From: Alphaproteobacteria bacterium
GTDB taxonomy: Bacteria; Pseudomonadota; Alphaproteobacteria; Rs-D84
Direction: 5' to 3'
DNA: 64,000 bases
Assembly (NCBI GenBank): GCA_017403085.1
Contig: JAFQOQ010000001.1
Coordinates: 295 to 64,294, forward strand
The translations under genes were made by a program, and so were the position numbers. Shown piece by piece: positions 46,098-57,048 of the stretch; position 1 is the stretch's first letter, and every line of letters starts with the position of its first letter. The notes under the pieces were generated by a model. The model saw nothing but the letters and a program-made list of their open reading frames with translations. It was not told the origin of the DNA and searched no databases.

Positions 46098-46577
46098 ATG
46101 AGACGCGAAGAAAAATCAGATTTGATTTCAGCGTTGCAGTCGTCCCTGAAAGAAGCGAACGGTGTTTTCGTTATTGAAAACCATGGCTTGACTGTAAAAG
46201 AATTCGAAGGCCTGCGTAATGAATTACGTCCATTGGTATCCGTTTTCAAGGTTGTCAAGAACCGTTTGATGAAGTTGGCGTTAAAAGACACTGACTTTGA
46301 ACCTGTATCTGAAATGTTAAAACGTCCAACGGCTGTTGCGGTTGCAACAGACGGTTTGGCGGTCACCAAAGTATTGGCCAAATTTGCCGAAGAACATCCA
46401 AATTTGACAATTGTTGGTGGTAAAATGGATGCAGACGTTCTGGATCAGGCCGGCATTGTGCAATTATCCAAGCTTCCTTCCCTGTTGGAAATCCGTGGCA
46501 CTATTGCGCGTATCTTGGTTGAACCAGGTTCTCGCCTTGCCCGCGTTTCAGCAGAGTATGGAAAAAAAGAACAATAA
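46098..46577 (+). CDS. rplJ: 50S ribosomal protein L10
   Basis: 159 aa in the canonical position upstream of rplL. Confidence 0.95.
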   Translation: MRREEKSDLISALQSSLKEANGVFVIENHGLTVKEFEGLRNELRPLVSVFKVVKNRLMKLALKDTDFEPVSEMLKRPTAVAVATDGLAVTKVLAKFAEEHPNLTIVGGKMDADVLDQAGIVQLSKLPSLLEIRGTIARILVEPGSRLARVSAEYGKKEQ

Positions 46578-46624
46578 AATCAGAATAGCGATATTCTGAC
46601 CTAAACAAAATTAGGAGTAATAAA

Positions 46625-46990
46625 ATGGCAGACATTCAAAAATTAGTTGAAGAATTGTCAAAATTGACTGTTTTGGAAGCAGTTGAACTGTCCAAAGCAT
46701 TGGAAGAAACATGGGGCGTTAGCGCTGCTGCTGCTGTTGCAGTTGCTGCTGGTCCTGCTGCTGCTGCTGCAGAAGAAAAGACAGACTTTGATGTTGTCTT
46801 GGCAGAAGTTGGTGCAAACAAATTGGCTGTTATCAAGGCCGTTAAAGACATCACAGGTTTAGGTTTGGGCGAAGCAAAAGCTTTGGTTGAATCTGCACCA
46901 AAGGCTGTCAAAGAAGGCGTTGCAAAAGACGAAGCTGAAAAATTGAAAGCGACGTTAGAAGCCGCCGGCGCAAAAGTTGAATTGAAATAA
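46625..46990 (+). CDS. rplL: 50S ribosomal protein L7/L12
   Basis: 121 aa with an Ala-rich hinge and a C-terminal domain ([12 protein letters not shown]). Confidence 0.97.
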   Translation: MADIQKLVEELSKLTVLEAVELSKALEETWGVSAAAAVAVAAGPAAAAAEEKTDFDVVLAEVGANKLAVIKAVKDITGLGLGEAKALVESAPKAVKEGVAKDEAEKLKATLEAAGAKVELK

Positions 46991-47054
46991 TTTAACTTTT
47001 TTTGAACCAAATGGTTCTAAAAATAAGTCATATGAAAATATGACACAAACGCCG

Positions 47055-47082
47055 CCCGCGTGGGATAAAAATCCCATGCGGG
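47055..47082 (+). promoter_or_regulatory. stem-loop in the rplL-rpoB spacer (possible attenuator or processing site)
   Basis: CCCGCGTGGGA-taaaaa-TCCCATGCGGG, 11 bp including one G-U pair. No T-run follows. Confidence 0.4.
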
Positions 47083-47184
47083 CACAAAGGCGTAAAAAGA
47101 CGCAAGTCAAAAAACAAGACAAAAAAGCAGGGCAAAATGTCCTGACTCGTTTGCAAAACGCACAGAAAAAAAGGATTGAGACCG

Positions 47185-50100
47185 ATGGCAGTTATCCAGA
47201 AACTTAGAAAATCTTTTGGTAAAAGTTTTTTGCAAACTCCGCTTCCCGATTTAGTTGAGATTCAATATAATTCCTACAAAGACTTCTTGCAGGCAGATGT
47301 CGCCCCAGATGCACGTAAAAACATGGGGTTGCAAAACGTATTCTCTTCTATGTTCCCAATCAAAGACTATGCCGGCATTGCCGACCTGGAATTTGTGGAA
47401 TATACGTTGGATAAACCTGTTTATAATGTGAAAGAATGCATGTTGCGCAACATGACATATTCCAGCAAGTTGAAACTGAAGCTGAGATTGATTTTATGGG
47501 ATGTCGCAGAAGATGGTAAAAAGACACTGCGTGACATCAAAGAACAAGAAATATTTATGGGCGAAGTGCCGTTAATGACTGAACGCGGCAGCTTTATCGC
47601 ATCAGGTGTTGAACGTGTTATTGTTTCCCAGATGCACCGTGCCCAGGGCGTTGTGTTTGCAACAACCAAAGAAGCCAAGGTGGCTGGCAACCCAATCACA
47701 TATACTGCGCGTATTATCCCAGAACATGGTTCTTGGATTGATTTCGAAGAATCCAAGGGCATCATTTATGTTCGTATTGATCGTCGTCGCAAGGTTCCTG
47801 CGACTGTTCTGTTGCGCTGTTTGCCTGCGGCCGAAGACGAAAAGAAATGGTTGGCAGAACCACGCAAGGCCACAATCCGCGGTATGTCAGAAACAGAAAT
47901 CTTGTCCGCGTTCTATCAGCGTATTCCATTGTCATTTGATGGCAAATTATGGACTGGCGATACTGCATCGTTCGAAGGTCTGGATAAATACCGTTTAAAC
48001 TATGACCTGATTAATCCAAAAGATAAAAAGGTTATGGCCTCTAAGGGCGACCGCTTAAACGGCAAACGTCTGAAAAAGATTATGGACGCGTCCAAGAAAT
48101 TTGGCATCATGCCAGAATCATTGGTTGGCGAATATTTGTTTGACCCAATCATGTCTGGTGACGAAGTTGTATTCCCTGCGGGTACAGAAATTACCGAAGA
48201 AGTCTTAAATGACTTGGACAAAATGAATGTCAAAGAAATCAGCCTGATTTCTATTGATAATGCGACAATCAGCGCGCACATGCGCAATACATTGATGGCT
48301 GACAAAACCACAAATCGCGAAGAAGCCCTGATTGAAATCTATAACATTATCCGCCCAGGCGAACGTCCAACATTAGAAGCGGCAATCAATCTGTTTATGC
48401 GCCAAGGTTTTGATGCGGCATACTATGATTTGTCTGCGGTTGGTCGTTTCAAAATGAACAAGCGTTTAAAGATTGAATCTGGCAAAAAACCAGAAGACGA
48501 ACGTTTGCTGACAAAATCTGACTTCTTGGCGGTATTAAAGACATTAACAAACATCATTGACCGCAAGGACACTGTTGATGACATTGATAACCTGTCAAAT
48601 CGTCGTGTTCGCACCGTTGGTGAATTGTTGGAACAGAATTTCCGCACAGGTATGGTTCGTATTGAACGTTTGGTTCGCGAAGCCTTGTCTTCTCCGAACA
48701 TTGCCAATATGCAACCCCAGGATGTTATCAATGTAAAACCATTGATGTCACTGGTATCTGAATTCTTGGGCACATCCCAGTTGTCTCAGTTTATGGATGC
48801 GTATAATCCATTATCAGAACTGGAACACAAGCGTTTGATTTCTGCGTTGGGCCCAGGGGGCTTGAACCGCGAACGTGCCGGTATCGATGTTCGTGACGTT
48901 CATCCAACACACTATGGTCGTTTATGTCCAATTCATACCCCCGAAGGTGCAAATATTGGTCTGATTAACCACTTATCTACATATGCGCGCGTAAATCCAT
49001 ATGGGTTTATTGAAACGCCATATTACGTTGTTGAAAACAGCCGTATCACAGACAAGATGGTATATCTGACTGCGGACGAAGAATTGGGTCACAAAATTGC
49101 CCAGGGTAATACCCCAACAACCAAAGACGGTGTCTTGGCCGAAGATACAGTTACGGCCCGTGTTGATGGTGAATTTACCATGGTTGCCAAGGACGAAATT
49201 GACCTTATCGACGTTGAACCGCGCCAGGTGGTATCCATTGCAACAGGCTTAATCCCATTCGTTGAAAACGACGACGCGAACCGTGCATTGATGGGTTCAA
49301 ACATGCAACGTCAGGCCGTTCCATTATTACGCGTTCAGGCACCATTGGTTGGTACCGGTATTGAACGCGAAGTGGCACGCGACTCACGCACGGGCAAGGT
49401 TGCAAAACACAGTGGTGTTGTTGAATCTGTGGATGCAAACCGTATCGTGGTCAAATGTATGAACAGCCGTAACGTCGTGACCGGTGTAGATATTTACAAT
49501 CTGGAAAAATTCGAACGCAGCAACAGTGAAACCTTGGTCCATCAAAAACCATTGGTCAAGGTTGGCGATCGTATTTCTGCGGGCGACATTATCGCGGACG
49601 GTTCATCTATGAACTATGGTGAATTGGCGTTGGGTCGCAATGTTCTAGTTGCATTTATGCCATGGCGTGGATACAACTACGAAGACTCTATCGTTATTTC
49701 TGAACGTATTTCTCGTGATGACGTATTTACATCTGTAAAGATTGTTGAAAAAGAATTCAAGGTTCGCGATACGCAATTGGGCCCAGAATCCTTTACGCGC
49801 GACATTCCAAACGTCAGCGAAGAAGCCTTAAAGAATCTGGACGAATCCGGTATCATCTATGTTGGCGCACGCGTAAAACAGGGCGATATCTTGGTTGGTC
49901 GTGTTTCACCAAAATCTGAAACATTATTAACCCCCGAAGAAGCCTTATTGCGCAACATCTTTGGTGAAAAGGCGCTAAATGTAAAAGATACATCTTTGCG
50001 CGTTGGTCCAAACGAAGAAGGTACGGTTATTGGTGTTAATGTCTTGACACGTCATGGCGTCAAGAAAGACGAACGCACCCAGATGATTGAACTGCAAAAA

Positions 50101-51321
50101 ATCGAAAAGATTAACAAGGACCGCGAAGAAGAAATCGCTATTATCGAAAAAGGTTTTGCAGACCAGGTGTTCCAGATTGCTGAAAACATGGTAATCGAAG
50201 CGGGCACAGGCAGTCTGAAACCATTTATCGGTAAAAAATTAACTGGCGAAGTATTCGAAGGTATTCGTGCGACAGACGTCAAAAAATTGGTTGTTTCTAA
50301 CAAAGAAGCCCAGGCCAAGATTGATGAATTGCGCGAACAACATGTTCTGAAATTAAAGGCCTTGAATGAAAAGGCCGACGCCGAAGTTTCCAAGGCAACA
50401 GAAAGCAATTCATTAAGTGCAGGCGTCTTGAAAGAAGTCAAGGTTTATATCGCACACAAGATGAAATTACAGCCTGGTGACAAAATGGCGGGACGTCACG
50501 GGAACAAGGGTATTGTATCCAAGGTTGTCCCAGTCGAAGACATGCCACACTTGGCCGACGGTACGCCGGTTGATTTGGTGCTGAATCCGTTGGGTGTGCC
50601 ATCTCGTATGAACATTGGCCAGATTTTGGAAACCCACCTTGGTATGGCTGCACGCACATTGGGTGCCCAGATTGGTGCGGTCCTGGACGAAGTAAAGGCC
50701 AAACGTGCTGTCACAGACGATTTACGTAATGTCATGGGCAAGGTTTATGGTGCAGACGTTGCGGAAAAACTGGAAAAAATGACAGATACCGACGTTCGTG
50801 CCGAAGCGGCCTTGTTGCGCGACGGTGTTCCAATGGCGACACCTACATTTGACGGTGCAACACCAGAAGATATTCGCAGCATGCTGAAATTGGCGGGATT
50901 GCCAGAAACAGGTCAATTTGACTTGTATGACGGTATGACTGGTGAAAAGTTTGCACGTCCGGTAACAGTTGGTGTTATGTACATGCTGAAACTGCATCAC
51001 TTTGTTGATGAAAAGATTCACGCACGTTCCATCGGCAATTATTCATTAGTGACGCAACAGCCATTGTCCGGTAAGGCACACATGGGTGGCCAGCGTCTTG
51101 GTGAAATGGAAGTTTGGGCATTAGAAGCGCACGGTGCTGCACATCTGTTGCGTGAAATGCTGACGGTAAAGTCTGACGATATTACTGGCCGAAACAAGAT
51201 GTATGAATCCATCATTTCCGGCAGCAATGACATCCAAACCGGCACGCCTGAGGCATTCAACGTATTCGTTCGCGAATTGCGTGGATTGGGTCTGGCGATG
51301 ACACCCAAGAAAGTAGATTAG
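47185..51321 (+). CDS. rpoB: DNA-directed RNA polymerase subunit beta
   Basis: The ATG at 47185 (MAVIQKLRKSFGK) is preferred over the TTG at 47176. About 1378 aa, full-length homology pattern. Confidence 0.99.
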   Translation: MAVIQKLRKSFGKSFLQTPLPDLVEIQYNSYKDFLQADVAPDARKNMGLQNVFSSMFPIKDYAGIADLEFVEYTLDKPVYNVKECMLRNMTYSSKLKLKLRLILWDVAEDGKKTLRDIKEQEIFMGEVPLMTERGSFIASGVERVIVSQMHRAQGVVFATTKEAKVAGNPITYTARIIPEHGSWIDFEESKGIIYVRIDRRRKVPATVLLRCLPAAEDEKKWLAEPRKATIRGMSETEILSAFYQRIPLSFDGKLWTGDTASFEGLDKYRLNYDLINPKDKKVMASKGDRLNGKRLKKIMDASKKFGIMPESLVGEYLFDPIMSGDEVVFPAGTEITEEVLNDLDKMNVKEISLISIDNATISAHMRNTLMADKTTNREEALIEIYNIIRPGERPTLEAAINLFMRQGFDAAYYDLSAVGRFKMNKRLKIESGKKPEDERLLTKSDFLAVLKTLTNIIDRKDTVDDIDNLSNRRVRTVGELLEQNFRTGMVRIERLVREALSSPNIANMQPQDVINVKPLMSLVSEFLGTSQLSQFMDAYNPLSELEHKRLISALGPGGLNRERAGIDVRDVHPTHYGRLCPIHTPEGANIGLINHLSTYARVNPYGFIETPYYVVENSRITDKMVYLTADEELGHKIAQGNTPTTKDGVLAEDTVTARVDGEFTMVAKDEIDLIDVEPRQVVSIATGLIPFVENDDANRALMGSNMQRQAVPLLRVQAPLVGTGIEREVARDSRTGKVAKHSGVVESVDANRIVVKCMNSRNVVTGVDIYNLEKFERSNSETLVHQKPLVKVGDRISAGDIIADGSSMNYGELALGRNVLVAFMPWRGYNYEDSIVISERISRDDVFTSVKIVEKEFKVRDTQLGPESFTRDIPNVSEEALKNLDESGIIYVGARVKQGDILVGRVSPKSETLLTPEEALLRNIFGEKALNVKDTSLRVGPNEEGTVIGVNVLTRHGVKKDERTQMIELQKIEKINKDREEEIAIIEKGFADQVFQIAENMVIEAGTGSLKPFIGKKLTGEVFEGIRATDVKKLVVSNKEAQAKIDELREQHVLKLKALNEKADAEVSKATESNSLSAGVLKEVKVYIAHKMKLQPGDKMAGRHGNKGIVSKVVPVEDMPHLADGTPVDLVLNPLGVPSRMNIGQILETHLGMAARTLGAQIGAVLDEVKAKRAVTDDLRNVMGKVYGADVAEKLEKMTDTDVRAEAALLRDGVPMATPTFDGATPEDIRSMLKLAGLPETGQFDLYDGMTGEKFARPVTVGVMYMLKLHHFVDEKIHARSIGNYSLVTQQPLSGKAHMGGQRLGEMEVWALEAHGAAHLLREMLTVKSDDITGRNKMYESIISGSNDIQTGTPEAFNVFVRELRGLGLAMTPKKVD

Positions 51322-51377
51322 TTGTTAGCATTGGTGTGGGGACGCACCCCACACCCTAACCACTAGCCACTAACAAC
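51321..51377 (+). promoter_or_regulatory. nested stem-loop in the rpoB-rpoC spacer
   Basis: Outer stem GTTGTTAG (51321-51328) pairs with CTAACAAC (51370-51377). Inner stem GGTGTGGGG (51333-51341) pairs with CCCCACACC (51347-51355). No T-run follows. Confidence 0.5.
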
Positions 51378-51407
51378 TAAAAACTATTTTATAAGGAGCA
51401 AAATATA

Positions 51408-54400
51408 ATGAGCAATATGTTGCAAAAAATATTTGGACAAATTGAAACCAAGGAACAATTTGATGCACTGCGTATTACAATTGCGTCCCCAGAAGAAATC
51501 TTGTCTTGGTCACATGGTGAAATTAAGAAACCAGAAACGATTAATTATCACTCATTAAAGCCAGAGGCCGAAGGTTTATTCTGCCAGCAGATTTTTGGTC
51601 CAATCAAAGACTATGAATGTGCCTGCGGTAAATATAAAAGAATCAAGTTCCGTGGCGTTGTCTGCGAACGTTGTGGTGTCGAAGTTGGACCTGCATCTGT
51701 TCGTCGCGAACGCATGGGGCATATTAAGTTAGCAATGCCTGTTGCGCATACATGGTTCCTGCGCGAAGGGAAAATTGCAACGTTATTAAACAACCTGCCA
51801 CAGAAAAAGTTAGAACAGGTTATTTCATACGATGCATACATCGTTATTGAACCAGGTTTAACAAATCTGAAACAGTATGATGTCATCAGCGAAGACGAAT
51901 ACCAGGCCGCTGTCGAAGAATTTGGTGCAGACGCATTCCGCGTTGGTATTGGCGCCGAAGGTGTTCGTGCGATTATTTCTAACCTGGATATGGGTGATGA
52001 ACGCACACGTTTGCGCGCTGAATTGCAAGAAACTAAATCCGAAGCAAAACGCAAAGCACTGATTAAACAGTTGAAGTTGGTCGAAGCCTTCTTGGATTCC
52101 AAAACAGACCCAGCATGGATGATGCCGGATATTATTCCTGTTATTCCACCTGATATGCGTCCATTGGTCACATTGGATGCGGGTCACGTTGCGGCATCTG
52201 ATTTGAATGATTTGTATCGTCGTGTAATTATCCGTAACAATCGTTTAAAGCGCTTTATGGAAATGCACGCCCCAGAAATCATTGTTCGCAATGAAAAACG
52301 TATGTTGCAAGAAGCGGTTGATTCCTTGTTCGACAACGGGCACAAGGCACGTCCAATGGTTTCCCAGAATCGTCGTCCATTGAAATCATTGTCTGATTCT
52401 TTGCGCGGTAAATCTGGTCGTTTCCGTATGAACATGTTGGGCAAGCGTGTTGATTATTCCGGTCGTTCTGTTATTGTATCCGGTCCAACATTGAAATTGC
52501 ACCAGGTTGGTCTGCCAAAAACAATGGCATTAGAATTGTTTAAGCCATTTGTTTATGCACGTCTGCTGGCGGGTGAATATGCAAACACATTAAAGACCGC
52601 ACGCAAAATGGTTGAAAACGGCGAAGATGTTGTTTGGGAAATCTTGGAAAAGGTTATCTATGAACATCCTGTATTGTTAAACCGTGCGCCATCTTTGCAC
52701 CGTTTGTCATTGTTGGCATTTGAACCGGTATTGATAGAAGGCAAGGCAATCCGTCTGCATCCATTGGTTTGCGCGGGCTTTAATGCTGACTTTGACGGTG
52801 ACCAGATGTCTGTTCATGTTCCAATTTCATTAGAAGCGCAATTAGAAGCACGCACATTAATGTTGTCTTCGAATAACGTTTTGTCACCTGCAAATGGTGC
52901 GCCAATGATTGTTCCTACCCAGGACATGGTATTGGGCGTATATTACATTTCGTTAATCAATGGCGAACACAGCGATAAATCACCACGTTTCGCAACAATG
53001 GACGAAGTAAAATTGGCATTGGAAAACAAGACAATTACACTTCATACACCAATCGTTGCACGCATCAAGGGCAAGACATACAAGACAACAGCCGGTCGTA
53101 TGATTTTAGGCGAATTGTTGCCTGACTGTGATGAAATGCCATTTGATTTGGTAAATAAGGTTATGCCACGTAGTGCAATTAAAGCATTGTTGGCAACAAC
53201 ATACGAACGTTGTGGTGACAAAGCAATGATTTTGTTGGCTGACGCGTTAAAAGATACTGGTTTTGAACAGGCGGCGCGCAGTGGTATTTCCATTGGTTAT
53301 GACGACATTGTTATTCCTGCGGAAAAGAAAGACATCATTGCCCAGGCTGAAAAAGCGGCCGAAGAAATCGAAGAACAGTATCAGAACGGTTTGTTATCTG
53401 GTGGCGAACGTCACAATAAATTGATTGACTTGTGGCATGGCACAACAGACAAACTGGGTGATATGGCGTATGCGGCATTGGGTAAATCTAATGGCGACAA
53501 CTGGAATTCTATCCACATGATGGCATTGTCCGAGGCTCGTGGTTCCAAACGTCAGATTCAACAGTTGGCCGGTATGCGTGGTATGATGCAGAAACCAGAC
53601 GGTTCTATTATCGAAGTTCCAATTATTTCGAACTTTAAAGAAGGTCTGACCATGTCTGAATACTTTACATCCACCCACGGTGCGCGTAAAGGTATGTCGG
53701 ACACGGCTTTGAAAACTGCTGACGCTGGGTACTTGACACGTCGTTTGGTTGAACTGGCCCAGAACACAGTTATCACTGAACACGATTGTGGCACAACAGA
53801 ATTTATTACTGCGAAACCTGTATATCAGGGTTCGACATTATCTGTTGCGCTGGGTGATGTGGTATTGGGTCGTACTGCGGCACATGATATTGTGCATCCA
53901 ATTACCAAAGAAGTTATTGTTCCTGCCGGCGAACTGATTACCAAGGCCGCATCGAAAAAGATAAACGAATCCGGTCTGCCATCTGTTGATGTTCGCAGTG
54001 TTCTGACATGTTGCAGTGACGGTCTGTGTGCAAAATGTTATGGTATGGACTTGTCGCGCAATGCATTGGTTCATGTCGGCGAAGCGGTTGGTGTTATCGC
54101 GGGTCAGTCGATTGGCGAACCTGGTACCCAGCTGACGTTGCGTACGTTCCACATTGGTGGTGTTGCGTCTGGTGGTGCCGAAAGTCACTTTATCGAAGTT
54201 CCTGTTGCGGGTACTGTTAAATTGTCTGGTGTAAATACAATTAAGAACAGTGCTGGTCGCGTTGTTGTATTAAGCCGTAATGGCAAATTGGCAATTGTCG
54301 ATGCCGAAGGCAAAGAATTGTTCAGCAGCAACCTGCCATACGCATCTATGCTGATTGTAAATGATGGGGACACCGTTGAAAAGGGCGCAAAAGTGGCCGA

Positions 54401-55517
54401 ATGGGATCCATATTCCAACACAATCATCGCGGAAAAAGACGGTATTGTGAATTTCAACGACCTGATTGAAAATGTTTCCTATCAGGAAGAAGTTGATTCT
54501 ATGACCGGCATTGTCTCGCGCAAGGTTATCAATTGGAAGACAAATACGAAAAAGGCCTTGAAGCCAGCGGTTACATTGGTTGATGACAATGGTAATGTTA
54601 TTTCATTGGGCGGAAAGAAGATTGCAGAATATCTGTTGCCAATCTATTCTGTCTTGAACGTTGCCAACGGCGACCGTGTTGTTGCGGGTGATATTTTGGC
54701 GCGTATCCCTGTCCAGACCAAGCGTACAGGCGACATTACTGGTGGTCTGCCACGCGTTAATGAATTGCTGGAAGTTCGTCGTCCAACCAATCCTGCATTA
54801 TTGGCAGAAATTGATGGTACGGTTGAACTGGAAGATGCCAAGTCCAAGATTCTTATCCGTATTGAACCAACTGATGGTTCTGCGCCGGTTGAATACGCCG
54901 TGCCAAAGGGTACAAACCTGTTGGTCCGCAGCGGTGACACCGTACGCAAGGCTGAAAAGTTGGTCGATGGTGATCCTGTTCCACAAGACATCTTGCGCAT
55001 CTTGGGTCAAAAGGCATTGGCAACATTTATGGTTGATCAAATTCAACAGGTTTATCGTTTGCAGGGCGTGGTAATTAACGACAAGCATATCGAAATCTTG
55101 ATACGCGAAATGACACGTCGTGTTGAAGTCACAAATCCTGGCGATACCGGATTCTTGATGGGCCAGGTTGTCGATAGGGTTGATTTCGAAGAAGAAAACG
55201 CACGTGTTGCGCGCGACGGGGGCAAGATTGCAACTGCATCTCAGGTGTTGGTTGGTTTGACCCGTGCATCATTGACATCACGTTCATTTATCTCGAACGC
55301 ATCGTTCCAACAGACGACCAAGGTATTGGTTGATGCGGCGATTTCTGGTTCGACCGATAAATTGGTTGGTATCAACGAAAACTTGATTGTTGGTCGTTTG
55401 ATTCCAATCGGAACAGGTGCCTATGTTCGTCGTGTTCGCGAAATTGCCAAGGAAGAAGAAAAAGCAGAACGCTTGGCACGCGAAGGCAATACTCAGCAAC
55501 AATTGCTGGATATCTAA
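51408..55517 (+). CDS. rpoC: DNA-directed RNA polymerase subunit beta-prime
   Basis: 1369 aa with the NADFDGDQM catalytic motif and zinc-binding Cys residues near the N-terminus. Confidence 0.99.
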   Translation: MSNMLQKIFGQIETKEQFDALRITIASPEEILSWSHGEIKKPETINYHSLKPEAEGLFCQQIFGPIKDYECACGKYKRIKFRGVVCERCGVEVGPASVRRERMGHIKLAMPVAHTWFLREGKIATLLNNLPQKKLEQVISYDAYIVIEPGLTNLKQYDVISEDEYQAAVEEFGADAFRVGIGAEGVRAIISNLDMGDERTRLRAELQETKSEAKRKALIKQLKLVEAFLDSKTDPAWMMPDIIPVIPPDMRPLVTLDAGHVAASDLNDLYRRVIIRNNRLKRFMEMHAPEIIVRNEKRMLQEAVDSLFDNGHKARPMVSQNRRPLKSLSDSLRGKSGRFRMNMLGKRVDYSGRSVIVSGPTLKLHQVGLPKTMALELFKPFVYARLLAGEYANTLKTARKMVENGEDVVWEILEKVIYEHPVLLNRAPSLHRLSLLAFEPVLIEGKAIRLHPLVCAGFNADFDGDQMSVHVPISLEAQLEARTLMLSSNNVLSPANGAPMIVPTQDMVLGVYYISLINGEHSDKSPRFATMDEVKLALENKTITLHTPIVARIKGKTYKTTAGRMILGELLPDCDEMPFDLVNKVMPRSAIKALLATTYERCGDKAMILLADALKDTGFEQAARSGISIGYDDIVIPAEKKDIIAQAEKAAEEIEEQYQNGLLSGGERHNKLIDLWHGTTDKLGDMAYAALGKSNGDNWNSIHMMALSEARGSKRQIQQLAGMRGMMQKPDGSIIEVPIISNFKEGLTMSEYFTSTHGARKGMSDTALKTADAGYLTRRLVELAQNTVITEHDCGTTEFITAKPVYQGSTLSVALGDVVLGRTAAHDIVHPITKEVIVPAGELITKAASKKINESGLPSVDVRSVLTCCSDGLCAKCYGMDLSRNALVHVGEAVGVIAGQSIGEPGTQLTLRTFHIGGVASGGAESHFIEVPVAGTVKLSGVNTIKNSAGRVVVLSRNGKLAIVDAEGKELFSSNLPYASMLIVNDGDTVEKGAKVAEWDPYSNTIIAEKDGIVNFNDLIENVSYQEEVDSMTGIVSRKVINWKTNTKKALKPAVTLVDDNGNVISLGGKKIAEYLLPIYSVLNVANGDRVVAGDILARIPVQTKRTGDITGGLPRVNELLEVRRPTNPALLAEIDGTVELEDAKSKILIRIEPTDGSAPVEYAVPKGTNLLVRSGDTVRKAEKLVDGDPVPQDILRILGQKALATFMVDQIQQVYRLQGVVINDKHIEILIREMTRRVEVTNPGDTGFLMGQVVDRVDFEEENARVARDGGKIATASQVLVGLTRASLTSRSFISNASFQQTTKVLVDAAISGSTDKLVGINENLIVGRLIPIGTGAYVRRVREIAKEEEKAERLAREGNTQQQLLDI

Positions 55518-55524
55518 AAAACTG

Positions 55525-55560
55525 TCGTGGGGACATGTTTCCCCACGATAATAAAGTTTT
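55525..55560 (+). terminator. intrinsic terminator downstream of rpoC
   Basis: TCGTGGGGA-catgtt-TCCCCACGA 9-bp stem followed by an AT-rich tail ending in TTTT. Confidence 0.6.
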
Positions 55561-55620
55561 CCTTGCAAATCTAAATGATTTGAATAGAATAGGACAGTCA
55601 GAAATAAAAAGGATTAAAAA

Positions 55621-55770
55621 ATGGCAACGCCAAAAAGTAAAACAAGTAAAGCACGTTCCGCACAGCGTCGTTCGCATGATGCATTGTCTGTAATGCCATG
55701 CGGTGTTTGCAAAACATGTGGCGAAAAAAAGCGCCCACATCATGTTTGTCCTGCATGCGGTGCAAAATAA
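55621..55770 (+). CDS. rpmF: 50S ribosomal protein L32
   Basis: Hand translation gives 49 aa, MATPKSKTSKARSAQRRSHDALSVMPCGVCKTCGEKKRPHHVCPACGAK. Below the ORF-track cutoff. Confidence 0.92.
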   Translation: MATPKSKTSKARSAQRRSHDALSVMPCGVCKTCGEKKRPHHVCPACGAK

Positions 55771-55843
55771 ATTAACCAACAAAATGGATAAATGGCAGAA
55801 GCAGGGCGCATAATTGTGCCTTTTTCTGCTTTTTTTATGTACT

Positions 55844-56908
55844 ATGTCACAAGATAAGAAAATAATCTCTATTGATGCAATGAGTGGCGACAAGGGCCCC
55901 AAGGCTGTACTTGGCGGTATGAACCAGTATTTGTATCAAAACGGTGAATCTGGCGTGTTCTTTCGCGTGTTTGGCGACGAAAAGAAACTGCGCAAGATGT
56001 TGGCAAAATATCCACGCGTCGCCCGCAATTGTGAATTGATTCACGCGCCTGGCGTGATTAAGGGTACGGACAAGGTTATGGATGTTATTCGCCATGCCCA
56101 AGACACATCTATGTATATGGCAATCAAAGATGTACGTATCGGTAAATCTGCAACAGTAATCAGTGCGGGCAATACCGGCGTATTTATGTCCCTATCAAAA
56201 CTGGCGTTAAAGACGATTGATGGTATATCGCGCCCTGCGATTACAACCATGTTGCCATCTGGCGGTGGGGACAGTCGCGTTGTCGTATTGGATTTGGGCG
56301 CAAACGTTCATTGTGACGAAAGTATTTTGTTTGATTTTGCGATTTTAGGCAGTGTCTATGCCGAAGTCATTGGTAAAATGCCGCGCCCAAAACTGGGGGT
56401 ATTAAACATTGGTTCCGAAGAAACCAAGGGTAACGAAACGTTGCAACATTTGAACAAGGTTTTAACTGCGCACAAAGACGTGTTGCCATATGACTACATC
56501 GGTTTTGTAGAGGCAAACGATATCAGTGCCGGTAATGTTCAGGTTGTTGTGACCGACGGATTTACCGGTAACATTGTATTAAAAACGGTCGAAGGCACGG
56601 CAAAATTGATAAAGCGTGTTGTGGTTGAAAATTTCAAGAAATCTGTTCTGGCAATTATTGGTGCATTTTTCTTGGTTCATGTATTCAAACGCTTAAAGCA
56701 CAAGATTGACCCACGTTCATATGCGGGCGCAACGTTTCTGGGGCTTAAAGGTTTTGCGGTTAAAACGCATGGCAACAGCGATGCCTTGGCGTTTGCGAAT
56801 TCTATTCGATATGCCGCAGATTTGGCGGGCGCAAAACTTGGCGATATGATAGAAGAACGTGCGCATGCGTTGGCCGATGTTCGGACCGAATTACGTATCG
56901 AAGAATAA
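55844..56908 (+). CDS. plsX: phosphate acyltransferase PlsX
   Basis: The ATG at 55844 (MSQDKKIISIDAMSGDKGP) is preferred over the TTG at 55814. In the canonical rpmF-plsX pairing. Confidence 0.93.
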   Translation: MSQDKKIISIDAMSGDKGPKAVLGGMNQYLYQNGESGVFFRVFGDEKKLRKMLAKYPRVARNCELIHAPGVIKGTDKVMDVIRHAQDTSMYMAIKDVRIGKSATVISAGNTGVFMSLSKLALKTIDGISRPAITTMLPSGGGDSRVVVLDLGANVHCDESILFDFAILGSVYAEVIGKMPRPKLGVLNIGSEETKGNETLQHLNKVLTAHKDVLPYDYIGFVEANDISAGNVQVVVTDGFTGNIVLKTVEGTAKLIKRVVVENFKKSVLAIIGAFFLVHVFKRLKHKIDPRSYAGATFLGLKGFAVKTHGNSDALAFANSIRYAADLAGAKLGDMIEERAHALADVRTELRIEE

Positions 56909-56912
56909 TTAA

Positions 56913-56936
56913 AACCGCCATGTGGCGGTTTTTTTA
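56913..56936 (+). terminator. intrinsic terminator downstream of plsX
   Basis: ACCGCC-atgt-GGCGGT followed by T6. Confidence 0.75.
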
Positions 56937-56958
56937 TGTGGTATTTAGATAAAACACA

Positions 56959-56982
56959 CCGTTGGCAATTACTTGCCAACGG
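56959..56982 (-). terminator. intrinsic terminator downstream of the 113-aa gene
   Basis: CCGTTGGCAA-ttac-TTGCCAACGG 10-bp stem, followed on the minus strand by TGTGTTTTAT. Confidence 0.6.
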
Positions 56983-57048
56983 CTGCTCCCTTCCTTCCGG
57001 TTATCCGGAAACTGTATCCTGCCATATATTATCCGCGCTGGTTGCGTT

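Noticed and set aside
45986-46381. 131-aa minus-strand ORF
   Set aside because: Antisense across the rplJ leader and the rplJ 5' half, within the conserved rplKAJL operon.
55372-55902. 176-aa minus-strand ORF
   Set aside because: It spans the rpoC 3' end, the rpoC terminator, rpmF (a clear L32 gene on the plus strand) and the plsX start, so it is a shadow ORF.
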